Assembly (NCBI RefSeq): GCF_009914755.1
Contig: NC_060926.1
Length of the DNA stretch: 64,000 nt
Direction: 5' to 3' (one strand)
Source: the human T2T-CHM13v2.0 reference genome, Homo sapiens
The notes beneath the pieces were generated by a model, which was given only the letters and a program-made list of their open reading frames with translations, was not told the origin of the DNA and did not search any database. The position numbers and the translations under genes are program-made. This document shows positions 1 through 12,660 of the stretch, piece after piece. Numbering within the stretch: position 1 is the stretch's first letter; the number at the start of each line of letters is the position of its first letter.

Positions 1-94
1 TTCACACACCTAACTACTGCATATTTTACAAATCATCCTATTCTTTGTTATTATTTTTGTTTTGAAGCAATAAAAATAAAAACAGAGATAAAAC

Positions 95-1565
95 CTTTCA
101 TGTCTATCCATGGTTCCTCATGTAAGGAACTTGGAAGTCATCACTCATAAGTACAAAGGTGAACAGACTGAAAAACCAGCAATTATTCTTAAATTCATAA
201 ATGAAGTAGGAACATGGAATGAAAATATCTCCAAGATTGGAGAGACAGACAGATGAATACAAGGAGTCACAGCATACCAGAGCAAAGACTCACTAGCAGG
301 AGCTGCCTCAGGATTAGAGAAGCCTAAACTGTAATTAATAAACTGCTGGAGGGTTAGTATGGGCAAGTCCTAAGAGTTTAAACCTTCAGGGGTAGCCATT
401 CATAAGCCACCTTCCCTCCACACGTACTTTTGTGAATTTTACCTCCAGAAGCTCAACGAGGATCTCTCAGTAAATATAGGAGAAAAATCCTCTTCTGTTT
501 CTGGGGGGCTGGGGTGGGGGATATAAACCCTTTGAAATATGCCAGAGTACTTTGTTCTTTTTAGCAAGCCCTGACCTCAGGAGAAGCTAGTTAATCTGAG
601 CTTATCCTGCGGGGAAATTATCATGGTCTAACTAACCTGGGAAAACGGAAATACCCAACTCCAGCCAGCTCTAAACTTCCCATGCGACGTAAGTGAGAAA
701 CCTAAATCCAGACCGCTCTGGCCATCCTGCCCCACTTAAGGAGGAAGAGAAAACCTGAGAAATACTTACGAAGTTCATAGACCTGAGGCATGGGTCCACT
801 GTACGTCTGAGAAATGAGGACTATAGAATGCTTACACTCCCCTGACATCATCACATTATTAAAGGCCTATTTACACTGTTTCCTTTTACCCAGGACATCA
901 TGATCAGCTATCAAGGAAAAATACAATAAGATATAGTATAAAGCAAAAATAGCATTTGAACAACAGCATGAGCATAAGAGCCAGACTTGGCAGGGATGTT
1001 GGAATTATCTGACTAATAATTGAAAACAACTACAATTAATATGCTAAGGGCTCCAGTGGACAGACAACATGCAAGAACAGACAGACAACATGAACAGAAA
1101 TGGAAATCCTAAGAAAGATCTGAAAAAAACGCTAGAGATCAAAAGCACTGTAACAGAAATGAAAATGTCTTTGATGAGTTAATTAAACTGAACAAGGCTG
1201 AGAAAAAAAGTCTCTGAACTTGAGAATATATCAATAGAAACTTTTAGAACTGAAAAGCAAAAAGAACAGACTGGAAAAAAATAGACTATCCAAGGACTGT
1301 AGGAAAACTAAAAAAGATGTAACACATGTGTAATGGTAATACCAGAAGGAGAAGAAACAGAGAAATAAACAGAAGACATATTTGAAACAATGACAGAATT
1401 TCATCAAATTAATGTCAGATACCAAACCCCAGATTTAGGAAGCTCAAAGATCACCAAGCAAGATAAATGCCAAAATAAGTACTGTTTTCAAACTGTAGAA
1501 AGTTAAAAATAAAATAAAATATTGAAAGAATGCAGAGGAAACAAAAGCCACCTTACCTATAGATA
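95..1565 (+). mobile_element. Old L1 (L1M-type) 5'UTR/ORF1 remnant, sense
   Basis: A-rich sense strand with L1M ORF1-like text (gatgttggaattatctgac...attaatatgctaagggctc...gtaacagaaatgaaaatgtctttgatg...cccagatttaggaagctcaaagatcaccaagcaagataaatgcc). Many stops and frameshifts. Confidence 0.8.
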
Positions 1566-4500
1566 AACACCTTTCTTTGTCTTTTTTTTTTTTTTTACTG
1601 TTGTTGGTTTCACGTCTATTTTATCTTTTATAAGAATTACTACTGCTGCTAGTTTCTTTTTTCCATTTGTGTGATAAATCTTTTTCTATCCTTTTGCTTT
1701 GAGATTGCAGGTGTCTTTAGCCATTGTGGGAGACTCTTGCAGGTAGTAGACAGTTTTCCAATTTATGTCTTTTAAGAAGAATATTTAGGCCATTTATATT
1801 CAAGGTTAAATTGATATATGAGACTTTTTTCCTGTCATAGTCATGTTAGCTAGTTGCCTTGGAGTCTCAATTGTGTTATTGCTTTATAGGTTATATGAGC
1901 TTTCTATTCTCATGTGCTTTAATGATGGCAGGTATCATCATTTTGTTTCTATGTTTAGAAGTCCTTTGAGCAGTTCTTACAGGGACTGTATAGTGGTCAT
2001 GAATTCCCTTAGTGTTTCCTTTTCTGGGAAATACTTTATTTCTGCTCCATTTAAGAATCTTAGTTTTTCAGGATATAAAATTCTCTACTGTCATATTACT
2101 TTTTCTTTAAGAAGGCTAAAAATAGGCCTCAAATCTCTTCTGTCTTGTAAAGTTTCTGTGGAGAAGTCTGCCTAGTCTAATGGGATTCCCTTTATAGGTG
2201 ATTTGACTTCTCTCTCTGGATGTCTTTGAATTTTGTTCTTTCACATTGACCTTGTATAGTCTGATCACTGTACGTGTTGATGATATTCATCGTGTATAGT
2301 ATCAACTAGATGTTCTCTGAATTTCTTGTATCTTATTGTCTGCATTTCTAGTAAAATCAAGAAAATTTTCCTGAATTATTCCCTCAAATATCTTTTCCAA
2401 ATATCTAATTTTTTCTTCTTCCTCAGGATGCCTGGAAATCATGGGTGTGATCACTTTACATAATCCCGTATTTCTCAAAGGCTTTTTTTCATTTTCTAAA
2501 TTATTTTTTATTTGTTTTTGTCTGTGGCTAATTAAAAAGAATACACTTCAAGCTCTGAATTTATTTCTTCTGCTTTCTAGTCTATTGTTAAAGTTTAATA
2601 TTGTATTTTGAAATTTCTTCTTTTTTTATTTCCAGAAATTAGGGTTTAAATGTATCGCTATTTCATCACCTTGATTATTTTGTACGGTTTCTTTGTGTTT
2701 TCATTCAACTTTCTCTTGCATCTCATTGAGTTTCCTTATAATCCATATCCTGAATTCTTTATCTGTCATTTCATAGTTTTCATTTTGGTTAGGATTCATT
2801 GTTATACTGTTGTCCTTTGGGGATGTCACAATATTCTGTTTCTTCATAGTTCTGGGGTTGTTGTGCTGCTGCCTTCTTATCTGTAGAAGCAATAACTTCT
2901 TATTTGGGGGTGTACTTTAATTTGGTAGGGTTTCCCCAGCCCCTTCAGGATATAACTGTTGTGTATATTGGGTAATGGACTTTGGATTTGACCCTATATG
3001 CTTTTAGAAGGCAAAGGCTCTGTATGAATTTCTTGGTTATAGATAGTTTTAGTGTGGTGGTTTCCTCAAATGCTTGTTGTTTGTAGGTTGTAGTAGTGGT
3101 GTGCTGCGTGTGTGTTCAGACTCACTCTCACAGAGATGGGGAAGTAGAGCTCTCAGGAGGCTTACCTCATCCCACAATGCTGTCCACTTCTTTCAGGAGG
3201 AATTATATTGGATTTTTCAGTACACCCTACACCCCAGTAGGTTGTGCTTGCAGATAAGAGCCAACTGAGTGCAGTACAATGATGACAGCAGAAGTTGTGA
3301 TAGGCCCTGCAGTTTGACCTCCTGCCCAGTAGGTGAGGCTTGCAGGTGAGAGGCAGTTGCAGTGATGGCAGTGGAATTTTTACTTGGCCTTAGTTGATGA
3401 GAGAAGTACCATGGAGTTCCTGGTGATGGGCAGAGTCTAGGGCTTTCTGAGGCCCTGTTCTGTGTTCTGCCTGTGAAGTGTCAGAAAGAGGCAAAGCTGA
3501 GCAGAGTTGGGTCCAGTGCAACCAGGTTCTTTGAGGTGAATTAGACCTTAGTATTATTCTAGGAGAAGTTCTCAGGCTGCTGAGACAACCCTTCCCCTAC
3601 ACCAGAGAGCCCACTCAGGGGAAAAAGAGCCATCTGGTGTTTTCAGCCCAGCAGGTGTTCATTTGGCCCACTCAGCTCTCCTATCCCCAAATCTGTGGTC
3701 TCCCTCCAGCATCTGGCTCAGACAACAGGCCCAACCTGTTAAGCTAGTCCCAAGCCACCTGCTCCCAGATCACCATGCCATTCCAGGTGTTCTGGACCAT
3801 AAGGCACCCTGCATCAGAAACTGCAGCTATCAGGCCACACTCTTCTCGATCTTGTCTCACAAAGAGAGGGGCACCTAGGTCCCACACCATCACAAAAACC
3901 CATGCCACACTCTTCTCTGTGTTCTGCCAGTGGGGCCTCTTCCCCTCCTTGAGATCAGGCCACAGATCTCAACTCCTTACCCCTGGGTGGTCTGTTCAAC
4001 CCAGGGGTAAGGGGATGAATCTTGGGAAATTGAGACCATGCCACCTGATTTATCCTTTGCCCCTCTTGGTCAAGCACTATCTGTGATAGAGGGGTGAACT
4101 ACTCCCTGGCTGCCAATAAACCACTCAGGTGGAACAATGGAGGCTATGCTATGGGCCCCACCCTGTGGAAACAATTTGGCAAACAGTCTTGGGAAGTACC
4201 AATAAGCATGGGAGTGTCTGGTTCAGACGTACCTCTGTCCTGTGGCAATGGTGGTGGGGACTGTCTTGATCATGCTCACATGCCCAGGCCTTGCTCTTTC
4301 TTTGCCCAGCAGACAGCAGGAGCTGTAGCCATTCATGGCAGGATTCAGAGCCTTGGCAGGTGGCCACCCAGAGTTACATTTTGCTACAGCTGCTCAGAGT
4401 CCAGAGGCTAGTGCTGGTGCCCAGCAATGTTAAGCAGGCAACCTTGCTTCCTCCTTCCTCAACCACGGTGTCTTCCATTGCCTAGCTGTTAAATTTCAGT

Positions 4501-4614
4501 GTTTTCTCTCAAAAGTGCTTTTTGGAGTGTTTAGATTTACTTGATATTTTGGTTCCTCTCCATGGAAGAGGCACATCACAGTTACCACTAGTCAGCCATC
4601 TTTAATCCTCCTCC
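1566..4614 (-). mobile_element. L1 (L1PB/L1MA-era) 5'UTR + ORF1 + start of ORF2 endonuclease, antisense, 3' part missing
   Basis: The minus strand starts GGAGGAGGATTAAAGATGGCTGACTAG, an L1 5' end with a YY1 AAGATGGC motif. A GC-richer 5'UTR spans about 2900-4614. ORF 2701..2892(-) MKKQNIVTSPKD...EMTDKEFRIWIIRKLNEMQEKVE resembles the L1 ORF1p N-terminus. T-rich antisense ORF1/EN text continues to about 1570. Confidence 0.85.
4595..4602 (-). promoter_or_regulatory. YY1 motif at the L1 5' end
   Basis: GCCATCTT on + (AAGATGGC on -), about 12-20 nt inside the L1 5' end, the known position of the L1 YY1 site. Confidence 0.6.
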
Positions 4615-4619
4615 AAATC

Positions 4620-5000
4620 CTAATTTTTTTGGATATTAGTGTAGTTTGTGTTATGGTGTGGGAGCTTCTTTTGCTCTTTTAGGGTTATTATTTACGGAAA
4701 GATCTTTTTTAAAATTCTTTTACTTTCAATCTACGTGTTTGTTTGGATTTAAAGTTAGTCTCTTGCAGACAGCGTATGGTTTGGTTATGTTGGTTTTTAA
4801 AAAGTCAATCCTGCCAATCTCTGTCTTTTGATTGGAGAGTTTACCAGCATAACTTCAATAACACAAAAAAACTCTTCTCTTTTAGCAACTTAATCTCCAT
4901 CCCTTTTTGTTGATGATGTCACAAAATTACATCTTTATACATTATGTGCTAAAAAATATATATTAATCTCTTAGGTTGTGTAGAAAACAAAACATAGAAT
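4620..5000 (-). mobile_element. Old L1 ORF2-endonuclease/inter-ORF fragment
   Basis: ttctttactttcaatctacgtgtttgtttggatttaaagttagtctcttgcagacagc...aatcctgccaatctctgtcttttgattggagagttta is typical antisense L1 EN text. Confidence 0.7.
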
Positions 5001-5004
5001 TACG

Positions 5005-6170
5005 AAGACTCTATTCATTTCTCTTCAATCTTTATGCTTTCTGTTCCTCAGACCCAATAATTCTCATTGTCCAATCTTCAAATTTGCTGATTTTTTTTTG
5101 CCTGCTTACATCTACCTTTGAATCTTCTAGTAAATTTTCAACTCAGTTACTGTAGTTTTCAGCTCCAGAACTTTGTTTTGTTTCTTGCTTAGATTTTCTA
5201 TTTATTTATATCATATTTTTTTCATACTTTAAATTTTCTCAACATTTTCTTATAGTCCCTTGGTTATATTTAAGACAGTAATTTTAAAGTTTTTGTCTAG
5301 TAAATCTGCCATCACATTTTTTTTTCCAGGACAGGTTCTGTTTATTTTTTTCCTTTGAATAGGTCATATTTTTCTGTTTCTTTATATACCCTGTGATTTG
5401 TTGTTTTCATTGGTTTTGTTGAAAACCGAATATTTGAATCTAACAATATTTTAACTCTTAAAATTAGATTCTCCCTTGTCCCCAAGGTTTGCTGTTTTTA
5501 TTGTTGTTGTTACTGCTTTCATTTTTTGTTTTTGTTTGTTTTAAAATTGTTTTAGACCTTGTACTAAGGATTATACTGAGGTATAACTTGAGTGTCATCG
5601 TCTCTTTTTGGAACCTGCACTTTTCTCTAGACAGGCACAATCACTTTCTGATTTTCCCTGTATGCACACTTGTTTTTGAATCTCTTAGTCTTTATTGTCT
5701 GGCTCCCAAAAGAGGAAAAGGAAAAAGGTAAAAGACAGGAGGTAAGTATCAGCCCCTTAAATTTCCTAAAAGGGGCCTGGCATGCAACAATGTGGAGAGG
5801 TGCAACAATGGCCACCTGCTTCTTTGCCTGCATGTATGTGATCAGAAGCAGCAATCAGCAAAGCATAGATCTCTGAGGTTTGGAGGAGAAGGTCCTTTTT
5901 GCCCACTATAACTCCCACAGGTTGTGTATAGGTTTCTCTAGGAACACATTCACAGGCCTGGGGTGAGAAATGGGTTGCTGCCAATATGCTAGGAGTTGAA
6001 ATTAACTACAACTTACTTTCAAAGCCTTACCTGGGAAGAAATGCAAGCCTTCAGTATACTCCAGTATACTCCAGAGTTTCATGAATAGTTATGCCAGGTA
6101 GATTTTGCTTGTTCAGTTGTTGTCTAAATGGGGAGACAGATTATGGGTTCTTACTACTCTATCAACTTCA
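5005..6170 (-). mobile_element. Old L1M ORF1/5'UTR fragment
   Basis: ttctgttcctcagacccaataattctcattgtccaatcttcaaatttgctgatt...gttactgtagttttcagctccagaac is antisense ORF1 coiled-coil text, followed by 5'UTR-like sequence. Confidence 0.7.
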
Positions 6171-6199
6171 AAGAATGTTTTCCTTTCATTACCTAATTT

Positions 6200-7950
6200 T
6201 TGAGGCATATATTTGTAAGATTACATTTGACTTTTTAAATTTAAACCTTTAAAGATGACAATTTTCTTCTGGCTTGCATTGTTTTCTGGTGTAAAAAATG
6301 TCCATGGTTATTTTTTATTTTCTCATTGTAGGGAATGTGGCACTTTTTCTGTCTGCTTTTATGATTTTCAACAAGTTGATTATAGTGAGTCTTGGCATTT
6401 TTAATTTTTTTCTATATGCTTATCTTGCTTTAAGTTTGTCACATTTCTTGAACCTCTGAGCTTATGGTTTTCATTGAATTGAAAAAATATTTGGCCGTGA
6501 TTTTGTCAATAATTTTGTGTCACCCCCTTATGGGGCTCAATCTATTGAGTAAATTTTTTACTTCGTCAGTTTATACAGATTTTTTAGTGTTGGGTTTTTT
6601 TTGTTGTTGTTTTTACCATTTTTGCTATCTTTAAACTTACTTATCTTTATGCAATATCTAAATTGCTATTAATTACATCGATTGAAATATTTTCTTTCAA
6701 TATTAATTTCTTAGCTCAACATTTTACATTTGTTTCTTTTCTATAGTTTCCATATTTCTCGTAATGTTCATATTTTTCTTTAAATTTGTGAAAAGAATTG
6801 TTGTAAAGTATTTTTTTGATAATGCTCTTAACCATTATTATTTCAGAATCTCCTTCTATTGACTTGTTTCTCTCCTAGTGATTAGTTACCTGTTTGTGCT
6901 TTATTCCATTTCTAGTAATTCTTATTGTATGGTAGGGCAATTTTGATTATTATATTCTCATGTGTCTGGATTTTATTGTCTTCTTTTAAAGAGTATTGAA
7001 AAGTAACTTTAAAAGCAAGTTCTTTTAAACATGTTTTGGCAGAGAGTTGATTTATTTCCAAATCAGCTTGAAACTTTTTTTTTTTTTTTGAGACGGAGTC
7101 TCGCTCTTTCACTCAGGCTGGAGTGCAGTGGCGCGATCTCGGCTCACTGCAAGCTCCGCCTCCTGGGTTCACGCCATTCTCCTGCCTCAGCCCCGGAGTA
7201 GCTGGGACTACAGGCGCCCGCCACCACGCCCAGCTAATTTTTTGTATTTTTAGTAGAGATGGGGTTTCACCGTGTTAGCCAGGATGGTCTCCATCTCCTG
7301 ACCTCGTGATCCGCCCGCCTCGGCCTCCCAAAGTAAGCTTGAAACTTTTGAAAGTTATTTTTGTTTTTCTAGGGCTAGTCTAGTGAAATATTTATTCATG
7401 TGATTGTTTAGCCCTACTATTCATGCCAAAGCTTTTCTGTGAGGTCTCTCCATTCTGGTTGATAGGAATTCTTACATCTGCTATTTCTCTATAAGCTCTG
7501 AAAATTGTTTAGCTTGTATCTCTGAGTACATGTTCTTTGCCAGGCCTGTGGGAACTTCGCTCCATGAAGACGTCTTTTTATCATTCAGCAAAGACTCAAA
7601 GTGACGCAAATGCAGATATCTGGAGCTCTTTCTTTAGGTAGTTGCCTCATTCCTGGTATTCTGTCCCATAAATTCCATCTGTCTCAGTTACTCTAACGTC
7701 TGGTCTCCATCTCCTCAACTCAGTAAGATTTTTTGTCATTTAAGGTTTCTTCTCCAGTACTGTCATTGAAAATAGTCTCTAGGCAGAAAATTCAGGTGAA
7801 CATAGATGTTATCTAGCTTATTTTCTTTTCTCAGAGATTACAGTCCTATACTATCGGTTGTCTAATGTCTGAAAGCAATTATTTTATATAGCTAGTCAAG
7901 TTTTATAGTTGCATATTGTGGGTAGGTATGTCTTCATTCAGTTAATTTGT
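6200..7950 (-). mobile_element. Old L1M/HAL1-like ORF1 and 5' fragment, interrupted by an AluY
   Basis: T-rich antisense ORF1-like text (ttcttctggcttgcattgtt...ttttctgtctgcttttatgattttc...tttggccgtgattttgtcaataatttt). The sequence is continuous across the AluY TSD. Confidence 0.6.
7075..7334 (-). mobile_element. AluY, 5'-truncated (~33 nt missing), with a 14-bp TSD
   Basis: AluY diagnostics are present (gcaagctccgcctcc, ttcacgccattctcc, accgtgttagccaggatggtctc) and many CpGs are retained. Poly-T lies at 7075-7089. TSD AGCTTGAAACTTTT lies at 7065-7078 (merging with the tail) and 7336-7349. Confidence 0.95.
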
Positions 7951-7979
7951 CAAGGCCATAAATTATGAGGAACATATAT

Positions 7980-8600
7980 GCAGAGTAAAAATAAGTTCAA
8001 ATACAACACAATAAGCTGGAGTTAGCAAATATTTATAGGATGATATATATTATAAATATGTGTGTATATAGATGTTTGTGTCAGTCCCATAAATACCATA
8101 TAAAAATAAAGCTACAAGAATTTAAGAAACTAACAAGCATATATTATTGAAATCATAAAAAAGAGAAGCCTATGAAAACAAACAGGAATAATTCAAAAAA
8201 TAGAACTTCTAGAAATTAAAACACAAAAGAAGAAAAGTATATAAGTTGAACGGGATAAGGCAGAGATGGGAAATAATTGATAAGCTCCTAGTTAGATTTG
8301 ACTAAATTATATCAACAATAATTACATCTGAATAAATTACCATCAAACTGATTGAGAATATCAAAGATTTTGGATGTGTGACTTTAATATATTTCTAATA
8401 ACAAGCCTAGAAATAGATAATAGGGGAAACAGAAAAAATAGGAATATTCATGAAGCAAAAGAAAATGTAAAATTATAGATGTATAAAAATCAATACATAA
8501 AAGCAATCATGGACATCTTTTGTGAAATGGTAGAGAAAAAAAAAACAAAAAAAAACTTCAAAACACCCAGTGAGAAGAGAGAGACAGTTTACCTACAATT
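7980..8600 (+). mobile_element. Highly decayed L1 ORF1-like fragment
   Basis: A-rich, with aaaaatagaacttctagaaattaaaa and cagtgagaagagagagacagtttacctaca resembling ORF1 text. Confidence 0.45.
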
Positions 8601-9360
8601 TCTTTACCTGTCTTCTTTTGATTGTTGAGTACATAGATTTGCCCTATTTCAATGGTATAAATCTGTAGTATAAATGGTATACATGCACACATGTGCACAT
8701 GCATCCACACAAGCACATACACACACTTCCCATTGGTAATTTGCCTTCTGACTTTACTAAGGAATTTTTTTAATGCATGTATTCTTTATTTTTTATATAA
8801 TTTAATCTACCCAGCTTTTCTTTTGTGGCTTTTGTTGTTTGTGACACAATGGCAAGTCCTGCTCAATGACAAGGGTATATAAAAAAATTAACTCAGGTTT
8901 CTTTCCGGTTGTTCTGTTTCCTTTTCACATTTAAAAATTGAGTTGATTCATAAATTATGGTATATTACGTGAGACTTTTATGATTATAATCTTTTTCTGA
9001 TAGGCAAAATTTAGCTCAAATATTATTTATTATAAAGTTGACCTTTCCCCCATAGATTGGATATGGTATTTTTGTCACGTCTTAAATGTCCAGGCTTATT
9101 TGGCTCTATTTCTATACTTTAGAAAACTTTGCTTCAATTCAGTCAATTAATAGTGAAAGGGTGCTGTGCTGTTTTGCTTACGGATGCTTAATCCTATGTT
9201 TACCATTGCTGGGTGGATTACTAGCTTGCTATCATTGAATTTTCTTCAAAGTTTTACTGCTTGTACTTGTCTTTTGTTTTTAAATATAAATTTTAGAATC
9301 ACTTGTTTGGCTAGTTCTAGAAAATGTGGAGCTTCAGGTACTATTTTGATACTAAAATAA
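8600..9360 (-). mobile_element. Decayed L1 ORF2 fragment, antisense
   Basis: tttgtctg-like antisense ORF2 text: tgtcttcttttgattgttgag...cttttcacatttaaa...aaatataaattttagaatcacttgttt. Confidence 0.55.
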
Positions 9361-9439
9361 TGTTACAAATTAAATGTATGAACATCATAAAATATATAAA
9401 TATATATTAACTAATAAAACTACAAAATAAAATTGGCAA

Positions 9440-10168
9440 ACCCACCTGATTTAGGAGTTTTCTTTAAATATATACCTCTCAGTGGTTGATAAATAACACA
9501 AAACAAAAACAAAACCACAGTGTAATGATATTGAAGGTATGACAATAAGAAATTATATTTGATCTAAGGAATGTGTATACAGTATTGCTTCCAACGAGTG
9601 TAAAAATAATTCTTTTCAAATTCATTTGGAATATTTAGATTAATGAACTACTTTTTAGGTGTTTTAAATGTTTAGCTTTCTAAAATATCACTATTTTATA
9701 GAATACCTTATCTGACTAAATCAAAAGTAAACAATATTCTTAGAGATATTATACTCCGGGAAAAGATATGTGCTACATCTAAAAACTATAAAAGGGTGCT
9801 ATCAAGTATATATAAAGAGACCCTAAAATTAGTAAGTTAAAAAAAAAAACTACACAATACTTAAAATGGGAAAGCACAAAAACAAGAATCTCTAAGAAAA
9901 GGAAATGCATAGTGGCTTTTAAAAGATAGGAAACTATTGAGCTTTATTTCATTAAAATAAACATGAAAACCACAGTGAAGTATAATTTTACTCTCAAAAA
10001 AATTGAAGAAAGAAATAGAGTCTCATATTACCAGATATGATGGCAATATAAAATAAGAAAAATTCAAATTCATATAAACCTGTGGTAGAACAATCACTCT
10101 AGAAGACAAAAAAAAATTTACAAACAGTAGTTTGAAAAACTACTGAAGTTAAATATAGTATATTGTAT
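9440..10168 (+). mobile_element. Decayed L1ME-like ORF2 fragments, sense (left of the MER50 composite)
   Basis: gtaatgatattgaaggtatgac...aattcttttcaaattcatttggaatattt...aaaatgggaaagcacaaaaacaagaatctctaagaaaaggaaatgcatagtggc...ctactgaagttaaatata. Confidence 0.6.
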
Positions 10169-10865
10169 TGTTAAAGCAGCCAGCTAAGCAAACATGACCA
10201 GGGCAGGAAAGGCCCCAAACCCAACAAGGAATGTCAGGGTACCATCAGGTGACGATCAGAGGGTTGTTAGTCTGTGTCTCTAAAATAATAGCTGCTTGTA
10301 GCAGGTGCCAAGGAAAGGCAGTCTCCCAACAGATAGAAACAACAGAAGCTGGTGATTGACAGTTCCTGATAAGATCTCAGGAATTGGGCAAGTGAGTTCA
10401 AGCATGCGCATTTAGAGGCAAAATGGCGGAGTTTAACTGATACGTGACCTTCTTCTGGGAACACTTGACCGGTAAGAGAAAAACCTCATTAAATGAACAT
10501 ATGCACAACTTCAGAAAACACACTGAACATGTGGCCCCTCCCAAGTGCTAGCAGGCCACTGCGCATGTGGACAGCCCACCCCAAGGGAAGAATCAGGGGA
10601 GGAGAAATGCAAACCCTGGAATCATGACAACATATAAAACCCCAAGTCGAGGGTCAAGGTTCTCTCAAGTTGCCTACTTGGCCCTCTTCCGAGTGTACTT
10701 TACTTTCTTTCATTCCTGCTCTAAAGCTATTTAATAAACTCTTACTCCTACTCTAAAACGTGCTTCAATTTCTCACTCTGCCTTATGTCCCTCAGCCGAA
10801 TTGTTTCTTCTGAGAAGGCAAGAATTGAGTTTGCTGCAGACGAATCAGATTCACCACAGCTAACA
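10169..10865 (+). mobile_element. MER50-family ERV1 LTR (near full length)
   Basis: TGTTA...TAACA termini. MER50 text (ggaatgtcagggtaccatcaggtga, ctgataagatctcaggaattggg, gcatgcgca, aaaatggcgg), a TATAAAA box near 10633, AATAAA near 10733, and a U5 end gaattgagtttgctgcagac...gctaaca. Confidence 0.88.
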
Positions 10866-10897
10866 TACTTGGGAGGTTGAATGCCTCGGGCAGAAAA

Positions 10898-10962
10898 AGT
10901 CAAGACGCCAAAGCATGGTAGCAGCGGCAAATCCGACGGGTCTGCAGCAAACTCAATTCTTG
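10898..10962 (-). mobile_element. Short inverted MER50 U5 end plus a degenerate PBS-like sequence
   Basis: The minus strand reads caagaattgagtttgctgcagacccgtcggatttgccgctgctacca (LTR 3' end), then tgctttggcgtcttgact. The latter matches 10/13 nt of the tRNA-His PBS start TGGTGCCGTGACT. Confidence 0.7.
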
Positions 10963-11301
10963 AATGGATGGGGCAGGTATTCTCTTTACTTGCTAGAGAA
11001 TCAACGATTCCATATTCAAACATCCTGTGAACTAGCTAATCCTGGGGAGAGTAATGAGACTTACCTGACAGAGAGGAGGATATATGCTGGTCTTTGAGGT
11101 TTTCAAGGCTGTGAGACAGGAAAAGCTGGAGTGTGGCTAGAACAGAGTGGTAGAAGAAACTGCATTGTTCTGATTGTATTGGTGTTGAGATAGACCAGGT
11201 AGAGTCAGCAGCACGATCACTCTCTACGTTTCCTAGAGTGGTAGTAGCAATGACAGTGGCAGCTCAGTTATCAACTTTGAGTCCTAAGGTACAAGTGAGA
11301 G

Positions 11302-11736
11302 TGTTACTGGCAGAACGTATTCATATCCATATGGGGTCTGCAGCAACCTCACCCTCACTTGGGAGGGGCCACATGCACAGTGTGCTTACTGAAGTTGTGA
11401 AGTTGTGTGCATGCTCATTTAAAGCTGTTTCCCTTAGCCGTGGAGTATTACCAGAGGAAGGTCATATACTTGTTAAACTCTGTCATTTTGCCTCCTAGTG
11501 TGCATGCTTAAGCCCACTTTTTCAACTCCTGAGATCTTATTGGAAAGCTGCTGATCACTAGCTGAAGGTGTTTTCTATGTATTAGAGGACTACCTTTCCC
11601 TGGCACCAGTTATGAGCAATTATTATTTTAGAAAGACAAACTAATAACTGCCTGACCATCATCTGATGGTTGCCTGACATTTCTTGGAGGGGACTTTCCG
11701 GTCCTGCTCATGTCTGCCTAGCTACCTACTCTAACA
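11302..11736 (-). mobile_element. Second MER50-family LTR, inverted, with an internal deletion
   Basis: The minus strand starts TGTTAGAGTAGGTAGCTAGGCAGACATGAGCAGG and aligns by eye with the first ~380 nt of the + LTR. It then jumps from ggcccctcccaagtg to tgaggttgctgcagac...ccagtaaca, so the TATA/polyA region is deleted. Confidence 0.85.

Positions 11737-12660
<924 letters not shown>

Noticed and set aside
503-520. G-quadruplex candidate GGGGGGCTGGGGTGGGGG
   Set aside because: It has only three separate G-tracts and lies inside an L1 remnant.
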